A stretch of DNA of 64,000 nucleotides, taken from the sequence record NC_054910.1. One strand, given 5' to 3'. The notes under the pieces were generated by a model. The model had not been told where the DNA came from, did not search any database, and worked only from the letters and a program-made list of their open reading frames with translations. The translations under genes and the position numbers were made by a program. Numbering within the stretch: position 1 is the stretch's first letter; each line of letters opens with the position of its first letter. The DNA is from Escherichia phage EcNP1. Positions 1 to 17,505 of this stretch are shown here, one piece after another.

Positions 1-684
1 CATGCTACTGGATATTATCAAAAGCATTCTATCACAGAGTACGCAACTCCGGTGAAAGTTGGTACTAGACATGATATTGATACCTCTACTGTTGGTGTTA
101 AAGTTATCATTGAAAGAGGCGAACTTGGCGACTGCGTTGAATTTATTAACTCAAATGGATCAATATCAGTTACTAATCCTTTAACGATTCAAGCTATTGA
201 TTCAATTAAAGGCGTTTCAGGTAATTTGGTAGTAACTAGCCCATATAGTAAAGTAACTTTGCGCTGTATTTCATCTGATAATTCTACGTCAGTTTGGAAT
301 TATTCTATTGAAAGTATGTTTGGCCAAAAGGAATCACCGGCCGAAGGTACATGGAATATTTCTACGTCTGGATCAGTTGACATTCCGCTATTTCATCGTA
401 CTGAATATAACATGGCTAAATTGTTAGTTACATGCCAATCAGTAGATGGAAGAAAAATTAAAACAGCAGAAATAAATATTCTTGTAGATACTGTTAATTC
501 AGAGGTCATTTCTTCTGAATATGCTGTCATGCGAGTTGGGAATGAAACCGAAGAAGACGAAATCGCTAATATTGCATTTAGTATTAAAACAAATTATGTA
601 ACAGCGACTATAAGTTCTTCAACTGTCGGTATGAGAGCAGCAGTTAAAGTTATCGCTACGCAGAAAATCGGGGTGGCTCAATAA
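1..684 (+). CDS. 9: Baseplate wedge protein gp9, C-terminal part (5-prime end upstream of window)
   Basis: Open frame from position 1 (HATGYYQKHSITEYATPVKVGTRHD...) to stop at 684; matches C-terminal ~228 aa of T4 gp9 as recalled. Track ORF 52..684 is the same frame from an internal GTG. Confidence 0.9.
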   Translation, partial: HATGYYQKHSITEYATPVKVGTRHDIDTSTVGVKVIIERGELGDCVEFINSNGSISVTNPLTIQAIDSIKGVSGNLVVTSPYSKVTLRCISSDNSTSVWNYSIESMFGQKESPAEGTWNISTSGSVDIPLFHRTEYNMAKLLVTCQSVDGRKIKTAEINILVDTVNSEVISSEYAVMRVGNETEEDEIANIAFSIKTNYVTATISSSTVGMRAAVKVIATQKIGVAQ

Positions 685-2489
685 TGAAACAAAATATTAA
701 TATCGGTAATGTTGTTGATGATGGTACCGGTGACTACCTGCGTAAAGGTGGTATAAAAATAAATGAAAACTTTGATGAACTTTATTATGAACTTGGTGAT
801 GGAGATGTTCCATATTCAGCCGGTGCCTGGAAAACTTATAATGCTTCATCTGGACAAACACTAACGGCAGAATGGGGAAAATCATATGCCATTAATACTT
901 CGTCTGGAAGAGTAACTCTACAACTTCCTAAAGGAACTGTTAATGATTACAACAAGGTAATTAGAGCTAGAGACGTATTCGCTACATGGAACATCAATCC
1001 AGTTACTTTAGTAGCTGCTTCCGGAGATACAATTAAAGGGTCGTCATCATCGGTTGAAATTAATGTTCAATTTAGTGATTTAGAGTTAGTTTATTGCGCT
1101 CCAGGACGTTGGGAATATGTCAAAAACAAACAAATTGACAAAATTGTTAGTTCAGATATTAGTAATGTAGCTCGCAAAGAATTTTTAGTCGAAGTTCAAG
1201 GACAAACAGACTTTTTAGATGTTTTTCATGGAACTAGTTATAATGTCAATAACATCAGAGTAAAACATCGTGGTAACGAATTATATTACGGCGATGTATT
1301 TAGTGAAAACAGTGACTTTGGCTCTCCAGGGGAAAATGAAGGAGAACTAATTCCTCTCGATGGATTTAATATTAGACTAAGACAGCCATGTAATATTGGT
1401 GACACCGTTCAAATTGAAACATTTATGGATGGTGTATCACAATGGAGAAGTTCATATACAAGACGCCAAATAAAAGTACTAGATTCAAAACTAACATCAA
1501 AGACTTCATTAGAAGGAAGTATTTACGTTACTGATTTATCGGCGATGAAATCAATTCCATTTTCTGCATTTGGATTAATTCCTGGTGAACCCATTAATCC
1601 TAACTCTCTTGAGGTTCGTTTTAATGGAATTTTACAGCAGCAGGCTGGAACAGCTGGATATCCTCTGTTTTTGTGTGAAGGCGCTAGTTCAGATACACAA
1701 GAAGGATGTATATCTCTTGGTGGCGAATGGAAAGAATCAAACACAGATTATTCTATAGAATATGAAGATGGAAAACCTACCAGTCTTTTATTTGATAGAA
1801 AATTTGAATCAGGTGATATAATCGTTATAACGTGGTTCAATAATGATTTAGGAACTCTTTTAGAAAAAGATGACATCATTGAATTGACTGATGACCGTTA
1901 TGTTAGTAAAGGATCATCTACTGAAGTTACTGGTGATGTAGCCTTAACGGATTTTGATAAAATCGGTTGGCCAAATGTTGAAAAAGTTGATTCTTATACT
2001 AGAACGTATAATTCAATATCATCTATTTTCGATAGCATTTATCCTGTAGGTTCAATTTATGAAAATGCTATAAATCCAAATAATCCGGTGACTTATATGG
2101 GATTTGGTTCATGGAAATTATTTGGTAAAGGACAAGTTTTAGTAGGATGGAATGATGATGTTACGGATCCAAACTTTGCTTTAAACAATAATGATTTAGA
2201 TTCTAGCGGAAATCCTTCACATACTGCCGGTGGAACAGTTGGAACAACAACGGTGACACTTGAAAACGCAAATCTTCCTGCAACTAAAACCGACGAAAGA
2301 GTTTTAATTGAAGACGAAAATGGATCGGTTATTATTGGGGGTTGCCAATATGACCCAGATGAAACTGGTCCTATATATACAAAATACCGTGAAGATTACG
2401 CAACAACAAACTCTTCACATACTCCTCCTGCTAATATTAGTAATATTCAACCGTCTATTACTGTATACCGTTGGATAAGGATTGCATAA
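684..2489 (+). CDS. 10: Baseplate wedge subunit and tail pin gp10
   Basis: 601-aa ORF; ATG overlaps gp9 stop (TAATG); length and sequence match T4 gp10 as recalled; synteny 9-10-11-12. Confidence 0.93.
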   Translation: MKQNINIGNVVDDGTGDYLRKGGIKINENFDELYYELGDGDVPYSAGAWKTYNASSGQTLTAEWGKSYAINTSSGRVTLQLPKGTVNDYNKVIRARDVFATWNINPVTLVAASGDTIKGSSSSVEINVQFSDLELVYCAPGRWEYVKNKQIDKIVSSDISNVARKEFLVEVQGQTDFLDVFHGTSYNVNNIRVKHRGNELYYGDVFSENSDFGSPGENEGELIPLDGFNIRLRQPCNIGDTVQIETFMDGVSQWRSSYTRRQIKVLDSKLTSKTSLEGSIYVTDLSAMKSIPFSAFGLIPGEPINPNSLEVRFNGILQQQAGTAGYPLFLCEGASSDTQEGCISLGGEWKESNTDYSIEYEDGKPTSLLFDRKFESGDIIVITWFNNDLGTLLEKDDIIELTDDRYVSKGSSTEVTGDVALTDFDKIGWPNVEKVDSYTRTYNSISSIFDSIYPVGSIYENAINPNNPVTYMGFGSWKLFGKGQVLVGWNDDVTDPNFALNNNDLDSSGNPSHTAGGTVGTTTVTLENANLPATKTDERVLIEDENGSVIIGGCQYDPDETGPIYTKYREDYATTNSSHTPPANISNIQPSITVYRWIRIA

Positions 2490-3148
2490 TGAGTTTACTT
2501 AATAATAAAGCGGGAGTTATTTCCCGCTTAGCAGATTTTCTTGGTTTTAGAACTAAGAAAAATGATATTTCGGTTATGAATAATCAGCCAGTAGGCGCTG
2601 TAACAATTTCACAAATAGCAAAAGGTTTTTATGACCCAAATGTAGAATCTGCTATCAATGATGTTAGAAATATGGCAGAGCAACAGGTTGGAGCTGTATT
2701 AGTTAATATAAGCGGCGTATCTCCTACTGGCGTGCAACAAACAGACTACTGGTCATTTGAAGGAACCGTTACTGATACTTCAGCCAAACCAGGTGATCCA
2801 GTTATTGTTAACATGTTTGGTATTCCAGTTAAAGCTACTAATGGAATGACTTCAATCGAATTTACTAGTGCCGTTAGAGTAGCTCTACAGGAAATGGTTG
2901 TAAAATTTATTGCAATTGATTCATTTGAAGACCATCCTACCATAGGAAATAAAATACAAGTTAAGTATTTAGATAACCAAGAACATATCTTAGAACAATA
3001 CTCTGATAAAGGAATTACTTTCAAACAGGAAATAATTTCTCCTTCTAAACCTGGGTACGGAACTTGGCAATTATTAGGTGCGCAAACTGTTACGCTAGAT
3101 AGTCACACACAACCTACAGTATTTTATTATTTTGAGAGAGTAGCATGA
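2489..3148 (+). CDS. 11: Baseplate wedge subunit and tail pin gp11
   Basis: 219 aa from ATG at 2489 ([12 protein letters not shown]...), overlapping gp10 stop as TAATG; the track start at 2471 is TTG. Confidence 0.92.
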   Translation: MSLLNNKAGVISRLADFLGFRTKKNDISVMNNQPVGAVTISQIAKGFYDPNVESAINDVRNMAEQQVGAVLVNISGVSPTGVQQTDYWSFEGTVTDTSAKPGDPVIVNMFGIPVKATNGMTSIEFTSAVRVALQEMVVKFIAIDSFEDHPTIGNKIQVKYLDNQEHILEQYSDKGITFKQEIISPSKPGYGTWQLLGAQTVTLDSHTQPTVFYYFERVA

Positions 3149-4695
3149 GTAACAATACATATCAGCACGTATCAAATGAATCAAAATATGTTAAATTCGA
3201 TCCTACTGGATCGAATTTTCCTAACACTGTTACGACAGTGCAGTCTGCATTATCAAAAATAAGTAATATCGGCGTAAATGGTATTCCTGATGCAACTATG
3301 GAAGTTAAAGGAATAGCAATGATTGCGTCAGAACAAGAGGTTTTAGATGGAACTAATAATTCTAAAATCGTTACGCCAGCTACATTAGCAACAAGGTTAT
3401 TATACCCAAATGCTACTGAAACTAAATATGGTTTAACGCGTTATTCAACAAATGAAGAAACGTTAGAAGGCTCAGATAATAATTCATCAATAACGCCGCA
3501 AAAACTGAAATACCATACTGACGATGTGTTCCAAAATAGATATTCGTCTGAGTCATCAAACGGGGTTATTAAAATATCATCTACACCTGCAGCTTTGGCC
3601 GGCGTAGATGATACTACGGCAATGACTCCATTAAAAACCCAAAAACTTGCAATAAAATTAATTTCACAAATAGCTCCGTCAGAAGACACTGCAACAGAAT
3701 CGGTGAGAGGAGTAGTTCAATTATCTACTGTTGCGCAAACTCGTCAAGGAACTCTCCGCGAAGGATATGCAATTTCCCCGTATACCTTTATGAATTCTGT
3801 TGCAACAGATGAATATAGGGGTGTTATACGTTTAGGAACACAGACTGAAATTAATAATAATTTGGGGGGTGTTGCAGTAACAGGTGAAACACTAAATGGT
3901 CGAGGAGCTACCGGTTCTATGCGTGGAGTAGTTAAATTAACGACGCAAGCCGGTATTGCCCCTGAAGGTGATAGTTCTGGAGCATTAGCATGGAACGCAG
4001 ATGTAATTAATACTCGTGGTGGACAAACTATTAATGGTTCTTTAAATTTAGACCATCTTACAGCAAACGGAATTTGGTCGCGTGGTGGAATGTGGAAAAA
4101 TGGCGATCAACCTGTTGCCACTGAAAGATATGCGTCCGAAAGAATTCCAGTTGGGACTATTATGATGTTTGCAGGTGATTCAGCACCTCCAGGTTGGTCT
4201 ATGTGTCACGGTGGAACCGTGTCAGGTGACCAATTTCCTGATTATAGAAACGTAGTTGGAACAAGATTTGGTGGTGATTGGAATAATCCTGGTATTCCTG
4301 ATATGCGAGGTCTTTTCGTCAGAGGAGCCGGCACAGGCGGTCATATTTTAAATCAACGAGGACAAGATGGTTATGGAAAGGATAGACTTGGCGTAGGATG
4401 TGACGGAATGCATGTTGGTGGTGTCCAGGCACAACAAATGTCATACCATAAACACGCCGGTGGTTGGGGAGAATATAACAGAAGTGAAGGCCCATTTGGC
4501 GCGTCAGTTTATCAAGGATATCTTGGAACTAGAAAATATTCCGACTGGGATAATGCTTCATACTTCACTAATGATGGATTTGAATTAGGTGGACCGAGAG
4601 ATGCTCATGGTACACTTAATCGTGAAGGATTAATTGGTTATGAAACTAGACCATGGAATATATCATTAAACTATATTATTAAAGTTCATTACTAA
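3145..4695 (+). CDS. 12: Short tail fiber protein gp12
   Basis: 516-aa ORF; ATG overlaps gp11 stop (ATGA); position and sequence match T4 gp12 as recalled. Confidence 0.93.
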   Translation: MSNNTYQHVSNESKYVKFDPTGSNFPNTVTTVQSALSKISNIGVNGIPDATMEVKGIAMIASEQEVLDGTNNSKIVTPATLATRLLYPNATETKYGLTRYSTNEETLEGSDNNSSITPQKLKYHTDDVFQNRYSSESSNGVIKISSTPAALAGVDDTTAMTPLKTQKLAIKLISQIAPSEDTATESVRGVVQLSTVAQTRQGTLREGYAISPYTFMNSVATDEYRGVIRLGTQTEINNNLGGVAVTGETLNGRGATGSMRGVVKLTTQAGIAPEGDSSGALAWNADVINTRGGQTINGSLNLDHLTANGIWSRGGMWKNGDQPVATERYASERIPVGTIMMFAGDSAPPGWSMCHGGTVSGDQFPDYRNVVGTRFGGDWNNPGIPDMRGLFVRGAGTGGHILNQRGQDGYGKDRLGVGCDGMHVGGVQAQQMSYHKHAGGWGEYNRSEGPFGASVYQGYLGTRKYSDWDNASYFTNDGFELGGPRDAHGTLNREGLIGYETRPWNISLNYIIKVHY

Positions 4696-4704
4696 GGATT
4701 ACAA

Positions 4705-6162
4705 ATGATTGAATTAAAAGAGTTACCTTTTGTTGATAGCGTTCCTGACGAAGGTCAGGAACGTATTTCATGGATTAAAAATGGTGAAGAAATATTAGGA
4801 GCTAGTACTAAGTATGGAAATGATGGATCAATGAATAGACCAATTGTTTCCGTGTTTAAAAACGTCGAAGTTCTTGATGAAAATGTGGGAATTCTTAAAA
4901 CTGCCATTGAAACATCACAGAAAGATATTAAAACAATTCAAGGAGTTTTAGATGTATCAGGAGATATAGAAGCACTATCGCAGATCAGTGTTAATAAAAA
5001 TGACATATCGAATTTAAAGACACTTACTAGTGAACACACTGATATATTAACTGGAACTAATAATACAGTTGACAAAATTATTGCTGATATAGGTCCATTT
5101 AATGATGAAGAAAACTCTGTTTATAGAACAATTAGAAATGATTTACTGTGGATTAAACAGGAATTAGGACAATATTCTGGCCAAGACATTAACGGTCTTC
5201 CTGTTGTTGGTAATGCTAGCACAGGAATGAAACACAGAATAATAACAAATAGTACATTATTATCTTCACAAGGCATTCGTTTAAGCGAATTAGAAAATAA
5301 ATTTACTGAATCTGACGTAGGATCATTGACTGTTGAAGTTGGTAAATTACGTGATGAACTTGGTAATAAACCGGTAGATTTTGGACCAAATATTTATAAT
5401 AGATTAAACACTATAGATGATAAACAAACTTTAATAAATTCTGATATAGCAGAAATTAAATCTTCTATTGGATACCCAGAAAATGTTTCTATAATAACAG
5501 AAATTAATAATAACAAAAGTAGCATTGAAGCTATTAATAATGAATTAAATCAGAGTGAAGGTGTTAAACAACGCTTAACGGCTATTGAAACTTCTATCGG
5601 TTCAGATGATATTCCTTCTAGTATTAAAGGAAAAATTAAAAATCACACAACTTCTATTGAGTCTTTAAACGGAATTGTTGGTGAAAACACTTCGTCTGGT
5701 TTAAGAGCGAATGTTTCGTGGTTAAATCAAATTGTTGGAACTGACTCCAGCGGAGGACAACCGTCTCCTTCTGGATCTCTATTAAATAAAGTTTCAGTGC
5801 TTGAAGGAGAAGTTTCAGTTTTAAACAATAATGTTCAAAATATACAAGTTGAAATAGGAAATAATAGAACAGGAATTAAAGGTCAAGTTATTGAACTTAC
5901 TTCACTTATAAATGGAAATAATCCTGACGGATCAACTGTTGAAGAACGAGGATTAACTAATTCTGTAAAAACGAATGAAACCAACATTGCGGCAGTTACA
6001 CATGAAGTAAATACAGCTAAAGACAATATATCCTCTTTACAGAGCAGCGTTCAAGCTCTACAAGAAGCAGGTTATATTCCTGAAGCTCCAAAAGATGGCC
6101 AAGCTTACGTTCGTAAAGACGGCGAATGGGTACTACTTTCTACCTTTTTATCACCAGCATAA
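4705..6162 (+). CDS. wac: Fibritin (whisker/neck fibre)
   Basis: 485 aa; long heptad-repeat-like region; C-terminal foldon [27 protein letters not shown] read directly. Confidence 0.95.
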   Translation: MIELKELPFVDSVPDEGQERISWIKNGEEILGASTKYGNDGSMNRPIVSVFKNVEVLDENVGILKTAIETSQKDIKTIQGVLDVSGDIEALSQISVNKNDISNLKTLTSEHTDILTGTNNTVDKIIADIGPFNDEENSVYRTIRNDLLWIKQELGQYSGQDINGLPVVGNASTGMKHRIITNSTLLSSQGIRLSELENKFTESDVGSLTVEVGKLRDELGNKPVDFGPNIYNRLNTIDDKQTLINSDIAEIKSSIGYPENVSIITEINNNKSSIEAINNELNQSEGVKQRLTAIETSIGSDDIPSSIKGKIKNHTTSIESLNGIVGENTSSGLRANVSWLNQIVGTDSSGGQPSPSGSLLNKVSVLEGEVSVLNNNVQNIQVEIGNNRTGIKGQVIELTSLINGNNPDGSTVEERGLTNSVKTNETNIAAVTHEVNTAKDNISSLQSSVQALQEAGYIPEAPKDGQAYVRKDGEWVLLSTFLSPA

Positions 6163-6193
6163 CATGGGGCCGCAAGGCCCCAAAGGATTTTAA

Positions 6194-7895
<1,702 letters not shown>

Positions 7896-7936
7896 TAAAT
7901 ATTATAAACTAATTAAAGCCCAGATTAGGAGAAATC

Positions 7937-11077
<3,141 letters not shown>

Positions 11078-11105
11078 TATTAAAGCATATTAAAGAGGAT
11101 TAAAA

Positions 11106-13085
11106 ATGACTTTATTATCTCCGGGCATTGAGCTCAAAGAAACTACGGTTCAAAGCACCGTGGTTAATAACTCTACTGGTACAGCAGCTTTGGCCGGTAA
11201 ATTCCAGTGGGGTCCTGCTTTTCAGATTAAACAGGTTACAAATGAAGTAGATTTAGTTAATACTTTTGGTCAACCTACAGCTGAAACTGCTGACTATTTT
11301 ATGTCTGCAATGAATTTCTTACAATATGGAAATGATTTGCGAGTTGTGCGTGCTGTCGATAGAGATACCGCTAAAAACTCATCTCCGATTGCTGGTAATA
11401 TTGAATACACTATTTCTACCCCAGGTAGTAACTACGCGGTTGGAGATAAAATCACAGTTAAGTATGTTTCAGAAGACATTGAAACGGAAGGTAAAATTAC
11501 CGAAGTAGATGCTGATGGAAAAATTAAGAAAATTAATATTCCTACTGCAAAAATTATCGCTAAAGCGAAAGAAGTTGGTGAATATCCAGAACTAGGTTCT
11601 AACTGGACCGCGGAAATTTCTTCGTCTTCATCTGGTTTAGCTGCAGTAATAACTCTTGGAAAAATTATTACTGATTCTGGTATTTTATTAGCTGAAATTG
11701 AAAATGCCGAAGCTGCTATGACAGCGGTTGAATTTCAAACAAATCTCGAAAAATATGGAATTCCAGGAGTAGTAGCTCTTTATCCAGGCGAGTTGGGCGA
11801 TAAAATCGAAATCGAAATCGTATCTAAAGCTGACTACGCAAAAGGAGCTTCTGCATTACTCCCAATTTATCCAGGTGGCGGAACACGCGCATCTACTGCT
11901 AAGGCAGTGTTTGGATATGGACCACAAACTGATTCACAATACGCTATTATAGTTCGCCGTAATGATGCTATTGTTCAAAGTATTGTTCTTTCAACAAAGC
12001 GTGGTGAAAAAGATATTTACGATAGTAACATCTACATTGATGACTTTTTCGCAAAAGGCGGTTCAGAATATATTTTCGCAACTGCACAAAACTGGCCAGA
12101 AGGCTTCTCCGGAATTTTAACTCTGTCTGGTGGATTATCATCAAATGCTGAAGTAACAGCAGGAGATTTGATGGAAGCCTGGGACTTCTTTGCTGACCGT
12201 GAATCTGTTGACGTTCAGTTGTTTATTGCGGGTTCTTGTGCCGGTGAATCTTTAGAAACAGCATCTACTGTCCAAAAACACGTCGTTTCAATTGGGGATG
12301 CTCGTCAAGATTGCTTAGTATTATGCTCACCACCGCGTGAAACTGTAGTTGGAATTCCTGTAACTCGCGCTGTTGATAACTTAGTCAATTGGAGAACTGC
12401 AACAGGTTCATACACTGATAATAACTTTAATATCAGTTCAACCTACGCAGCAATTGATGGTAACTACAAGTATCAGTATGACAAATATAATGATGTGAAT
12501 CGTTGGGTTCCATTAGCAGCTGATATTGCTGGTTTATGTGCAAGAACCGATAACGTTTCTCAGACTTGGATGTCTCCAGCTGGTTATAATCGTGGCCAGA
12601 TTCTTAACGTTATTAAACTTGCTATTGAAACTCGCCAGGCGCAGCGCGACCGTTTATACCAAGAAGCTATCAACCCGGTAACCGGTACAGGTGGTGATGG
12701 TTACGTATTGTATGGCGATAAAACAGCTACTTCTGTTCCTTCTCCATTTGATCGTATTAACGTTCGTCGTCTGTTTAATATGTTGAAAACGAATATCGGA
12801 CGTAGTTCAAAATATCGTTTGTTCGAATTAAACAACGCGTTTACTCGTTCATCATTCCGCACAGAAACTGCCCAATACTTACAGGGAATTAAAGCTCTCG
12901 GTGGAATTTATGAATATCGTGTAGTTTGCGATACAACAAATAACACTCCGTCAGTAATTGATAGAAATGAGTTTGTTGCAACATTCTACATCCAACCGGC
13001 TAGAAGCATTAACTACATTACCTTGAACTTCGTAGCAACTGCTACAGGTGCAGATTTCGATGAGTTAACTGGTCTTGCAGGTTAA
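11106..13085 (+). CDS. 18: Tail sheath protein gp18
   Basis: 659 aa, same length as T4 gp18; TATAAATA late promoter core just upstream. Confidence 0.95.
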   Translation: MTLLSPGIELKETTVQSTVVNNSTGTAALAGKFQWGPAFQIKQVTNEVDLVNTFGQPTAETADYFMSAMNFLQYGNDLRVVRAVDRDTAKNSSPIAGNIEYTISTPGSNYAVGDKITVKYVSEDIETEGKITEVDADGKIKKINIPTAKIIAKAKEVGEYPELGSNWTAEISSSSSGLAAVITLGKIITDSGILLAEIENAEAAMTAVEFQTNLEKYGIPGVVALYPGELGDKIEIEIVSKADYAKGASALLPIYPGGGTRASTAKAVFGYGPQTDSQYAIIVRRNDAIVQSIVLSTKRGEKDIYDSNIYIDDFFAKGGSEYIFATAQNWPEGFSGILTLSGGLSSNAEVTAGDLMEAWDFFADRESVDVQLFIAGSCAGESLETASTVQKHVVSIGDARQDCLVLCSPPRETVVGIPVTRAVDNLVNWRTATGSYTDNNFNISSTYAAIDGNYKYQYDKYNDVNRWVPLAADIAGLCARTDNVSQTWMSPAGYNRGQILNVIKLAIETRQAQRDRLYQEAINPVTGTGGDGYVLYGDKTATSVPSPFDRINVRRLFNMLKTNIGRSSKYRLFELNNAFTRSSFRTETAQYLQGIKALGGIYEYRVVCDTTNNTPSVIDRNEFVATFYIQPARSINYITLNFVATATGADFDELTGLAG

Positions 13086-13120
13086 TACGGTGCATTCTAA
13101 AGGCCTGTTTCGGCAGGCCA

Positions 13121-13128
13121 TATAAATA
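13121..13128 (+). promoter_or_regulatory. Late promoter core TATAAATA (gene 19, distal)
   Basis: Exact TATAAATA in the 18-19 intergenic region. Confidence 0.6.
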
Positions 13129-13179
13129 CACTATATCCTTAATTCTTTAATTCTATATGCCCTAGGTTAAACATAGGGA

Positions 13180-13187
13180 TATAAATA
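13180..13187 (+). promoter_or_regulatory. Late promoter core TATAAATA (gene 19, proximal)
   Basis: Exact TATAAATA 15 nt upstream of gene 19 ATG. Confidence 0.65.
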
Positions 13188-13201
13188 CTACAGAGGCTAA
13201 T

Positions 13202-13693
13202 ATGTTTGTAGATGATGTAACACGAGCGTTTGAATCTGGTGATTTTGCTCGACCTAACTTATTCCAAGTAGAAATTTCTTATCTTGGACAAAATTTTACG
13301 TTTCAATGTAAAGCCACTGCTTTACCAGCTGGTATTGTAGAAAAAATTCCAGTCGGATTTATGAACCGTAAAATTAACGTAGCAGGCGATCGTACATTCG
13401 ATGACTGGACTATTACAGTAATGAATGATGAGGCGCATGATGCACGCCAGAAGTTTGTTGACTGGCAAAGCATTGCTGCTGGGCAAGGAAACGAAATTAC
13501 TGGTGGAAAACCAGCAGAGTATAAAAAGAGTGCTATTGTACGCCAATATGCTCGTGACGCTAAAACTGTAACAAAAGAAGTCGAAATTAAAGGCCTGTGG
13601 CCTACTAACGTGGGTGAACTTCAGTTAGATTGGGATTCAAACAATGAAATCCAAACCTTTGAAGTAACTCTCGCTCTCGATTATTGGGAATAA
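13202..13693 (+). CDS. 19: Tail tube protein gp19
   Basis: 163 aa, same length as T4 gp19; two TATAAATA cores in the upstream intergenic region. Confidence 0.95.
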   Translation: MFVDDVTRAFESGDFARPNLFQVEISYLGQNFTFQCKATALPAGIVEKIPVGFMNRKINVAGDRTFDDWTITVMNDEAHDARQKFVDWQSIAAGQGNEITGGKPAEYKKSAIVRQYARDAKTVTKEVEIKGLWPTNVGELQLDWDSNNEIQTFEVTLALDYWE

Positions 13694-13725
13694 AATGAAT
13701 GGGGAGAAATCCCCATCCTGCTTAA

Positions 13726-15350
<1,625 letters not shown>

Positions 15351-15351
<1 letters not shown>

Positions 15352-15584
15352 TGGAAGGTTTAATTGAAGCTATTAAATCAAACGACCTCGTAGCCGCTCG
15401 TAAATTATTTGCTGAAGCCATGGCTGCAAGAACGATTGATTTAATTAAAGAAGAAAAAATCGCTATCGCTCGTAATTTCTTAATCGAAGGTGAAGAACCT
15501 GAAGACGAGGATGATGACGAAGATGGTGATGATAAAGACGACAAAAAAGACAAAGACTCTGACGAAGACGAGGATGATGAATAA
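15351..15584 (+). CDS. 67: Prohead core protein gp67
   Basis: 77 aa; ATG overlaps gp20 stop; poly-acidic C-terminus ([14 protein letters not shown]...). Confidence 0.9.
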
Positions 15585-16009
15585 TGCTTCTAATCCCTGA
15601 AACTCATGAATTAGTTCTCGAGAATGTCGAAGCACTTATTCCTGAAGCACAGGGTCGCTTTGACGAATTGTCTTCTGCTTTAAATAAAGACGATATAAAT
15701 ACAATTGTCGAGAATATGCTTGATGATGAAACTGATTTAGCAGTTGCATTAGCTTCTATTAATGAAAACATGCCGTTAAATGAATTCATTGTTAAGCACG
15801 TTTCAGCTCGTGGTGAAATTACACGTACTAAAGATCGCAAAACACGCGAACGCAATGCATTTCAAACCACTGGGCTGTCTAAAGCAAAACGTAGACAAAT
15901 TGCTCGCAAAGCTACCAAAACGAAGATTGCCAATCCAGCAGGTCAATCTCGTGCTCAGCGTAAGCGTAAAAAAGCTCTTAAACGCCGTAAAGCATTAGGA
16001 TTAAGCTAA
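15584..16009 (+). CDS. 68: Prohead core protein gp68
   Basis: 141 aa, same length as T4 gp68; overlaps neighbours at both ends; basic C-terminus. Confidence 0.9.
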
Positions 16010-16647
16010 TGAATGAACCCCAATTACTAATTGAAACTTGGGGTCAACCTGGCGAAATTATTGATGGCGTGCCAATGCTCGAATCCCACGATGGAAAAGA
16101 CTTAGGTTTAAAACCGGGTTTATACATCGAAGGAATATTCATGCAAGCAGAAGTCGTCAATAGAAATAAACGTCTTTATCCAAAACGCATATTAGAAAAA
16201 GCGGTAAAAGACTATATTAATGAGCAAGTTTTAACTAAACAAGCTCTCGGAGAATTAAATCATCCTCCACGCGCTAATGTTGACCCGATGCAAGCCGCTA
16301 TCATTATAGAAGATATGTGGTGGAAAGGAAATGACGTATACGGACGAGCTCGTGTTATTGAAGGTGACCACGGTCCTGGAGATAAATTAGCAGCTAATAT
16401 TCGTGCCGGATGGATTCCAGGAGTTTCTTCTCGTGGATTAGGTTCATTGACTGACACAAATAAAGGTTATCGTATCGTAAACGAAGGATTCAAATTAACT
16501 GTAGGTGTTGATGCAGTATGGGGTCCAAGTGCTCCAGATGCATGGGTAACTCCTAAGGAAATTACCGAATCACAGACGGCGGAAGCCGATACAAGTGCCG
16601 ATGACGCCTATATGGCTCTCGCAGAGGCCATGAAAAAAGCGTTATAA
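16009..16647 (+). CDS. 21: Prohead core scaffold protein and protease gp21
   Basis: 212 aa, same length as T4 gp21; ATG overlaps gp68 stop. Confidence 0.95.
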   Translation: MNEPQLLIETWGQPGEIIDGVPMLESHDGKDLGLKPGLYIEGIFMQAEVVNRNKRLYPKRILEKAVKDYINEQVLTKQALGELNHPPRANVDPMQAAIIIEDMWWKGNDVYGRARVIEGDHGPGDKLAANIRAGWIPGVSSRGLGSLTDTNKGYRIVNEGFKLTVGVDAVWGPSAPDAWVTPKEITESQTAEADTSADDAYMALAEAMKKAL

Positions 16648-16650
16648 ATA
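16643..16650 (+). promoter_or_regulatory. Late promoter core TATAAATA (gene 22)
   Basis: Exact TATAAATA overlapping gene 21 stop, 28 nt upstream of gene 22 ATG. Confidence 0.65.
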
Positions 16651-16677
16651 TTATTATCTAAACAACAGGACTACAAA

Positions 16678-17487
16678 ATGCTTAAAGAACAACTGATTGC
16701 TGAAGCGCAAAAAATTGATGCTTCCGTTGCTCTTGATAGTATTTTCGAATCAGTTAATATTTCTCCGGAAGCAAAAGAAACTTTCGGCACTGTATTCGAA
16801 GCTACCGTCAAGCAGCACGCCGTTAAATTAGCTGAATCTCATATCGCTAAAATTGCTGAAAAAGCAGAAGAAGAAGTAGAAAAAAATAAAGAAGAAGCCG
16901 AAGAAAAAGCTGAGAAGAAAATCGCTGAGCAAGCTTCTAAATTCATCGACCATCTTGCGAAAGAATGGCTCGCTGAAAATAAATTAGCAGTTGATAAAGG
17001 CATCAAAGCCGAACTGTTTGAATCCATGCTTGGTGGATTAAAAGAGCTCTTTGTTGAACACAACGTTGTTGTTCCAGAAGAATCAGTTGATGTTGTGGCT
17101 GAAATGGAAGAAGAGCTGCAAGAACATAAAGAAGAATCAGCTCGTCTGTTCGAAGAACTCAATAAGCGTGACGCATATATCAATTATGTGCAGCGTGAAG
17201 TGGCATTGAGCGAAAGTACTAAAGATCTGACTGAGTCTCAAAAAGAAAAAGTCTCTGCTCTGGTCGAAGGTATGGATTATTCAGATGAATTCTCAAATAA
17301 ATTGAGTGCCATCGTAGAAATGGTGAAGAAGTCTAATAAAGATGAAAGCACTATTACTGAGGGTATAAATACTCCTGATACTGAAGCAGCCGGACTGAAT
17401 TTCGTCACTGAAGCTGTAGAAGATAAAGCTGCACCTGGTGCAGAAGATATTGTAAGTGTATATGCGAAAGTCGCATCTCGTTTCTAA
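16678..17487 (+). CDS. 22: Major prohead scaffolding core protein gp22
   Basis: 269 aa, Glu/Lys-rich helical protein, same length as T4 gp22. Confidence 0.95.
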   Translation: MLKEQLIAEAQKIDASVALDSIFESVNISPEAKETFGTVFEATVKQHAVKLAESHIAKIAEKAEEEVEKNKEEAEEKAEKKIAEQASKFIDHLAKEWLAENKLAVDKGIKAELFESMLGGLKELFVEHNVVVPEESVDVVAEMEEELQEHKEESARLFEELNKRDAYINYVQREVALSESTKDLTESQKEKVSALVEGMDYSDEFSNKLSAIVEMVKKSNKDESTITEGINTPDTEAAGLNFVTEAVEDKAAPGAEDIVSVYAKVASRF

Positions 17488-17505
17488 TTTTAAAGGTTAA
17501 CACAA

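Noticed and set aside
697-885. Short antisense ORFs inside long plus-strand structural genes (e.g. 697..885, 1523..1744, 2746..3024, 3441..3689, 6373..6570, 8950..9150, 9458..9655, 13322..13546)
   Set aside because: Embedded opposite-strand in conserved, well-supported genes; low-complexity or hydrophobic junk translations; no start signals.
16839-17183. 114-aa Ser-rich antisense ORF in gene 22, and 134-aa antisense ORF in gene 23 (17692..18096)
   Set aside because: Mirror images of the Glu/Lys-rich sense strand and codon-biased gene 23; no independent signals.
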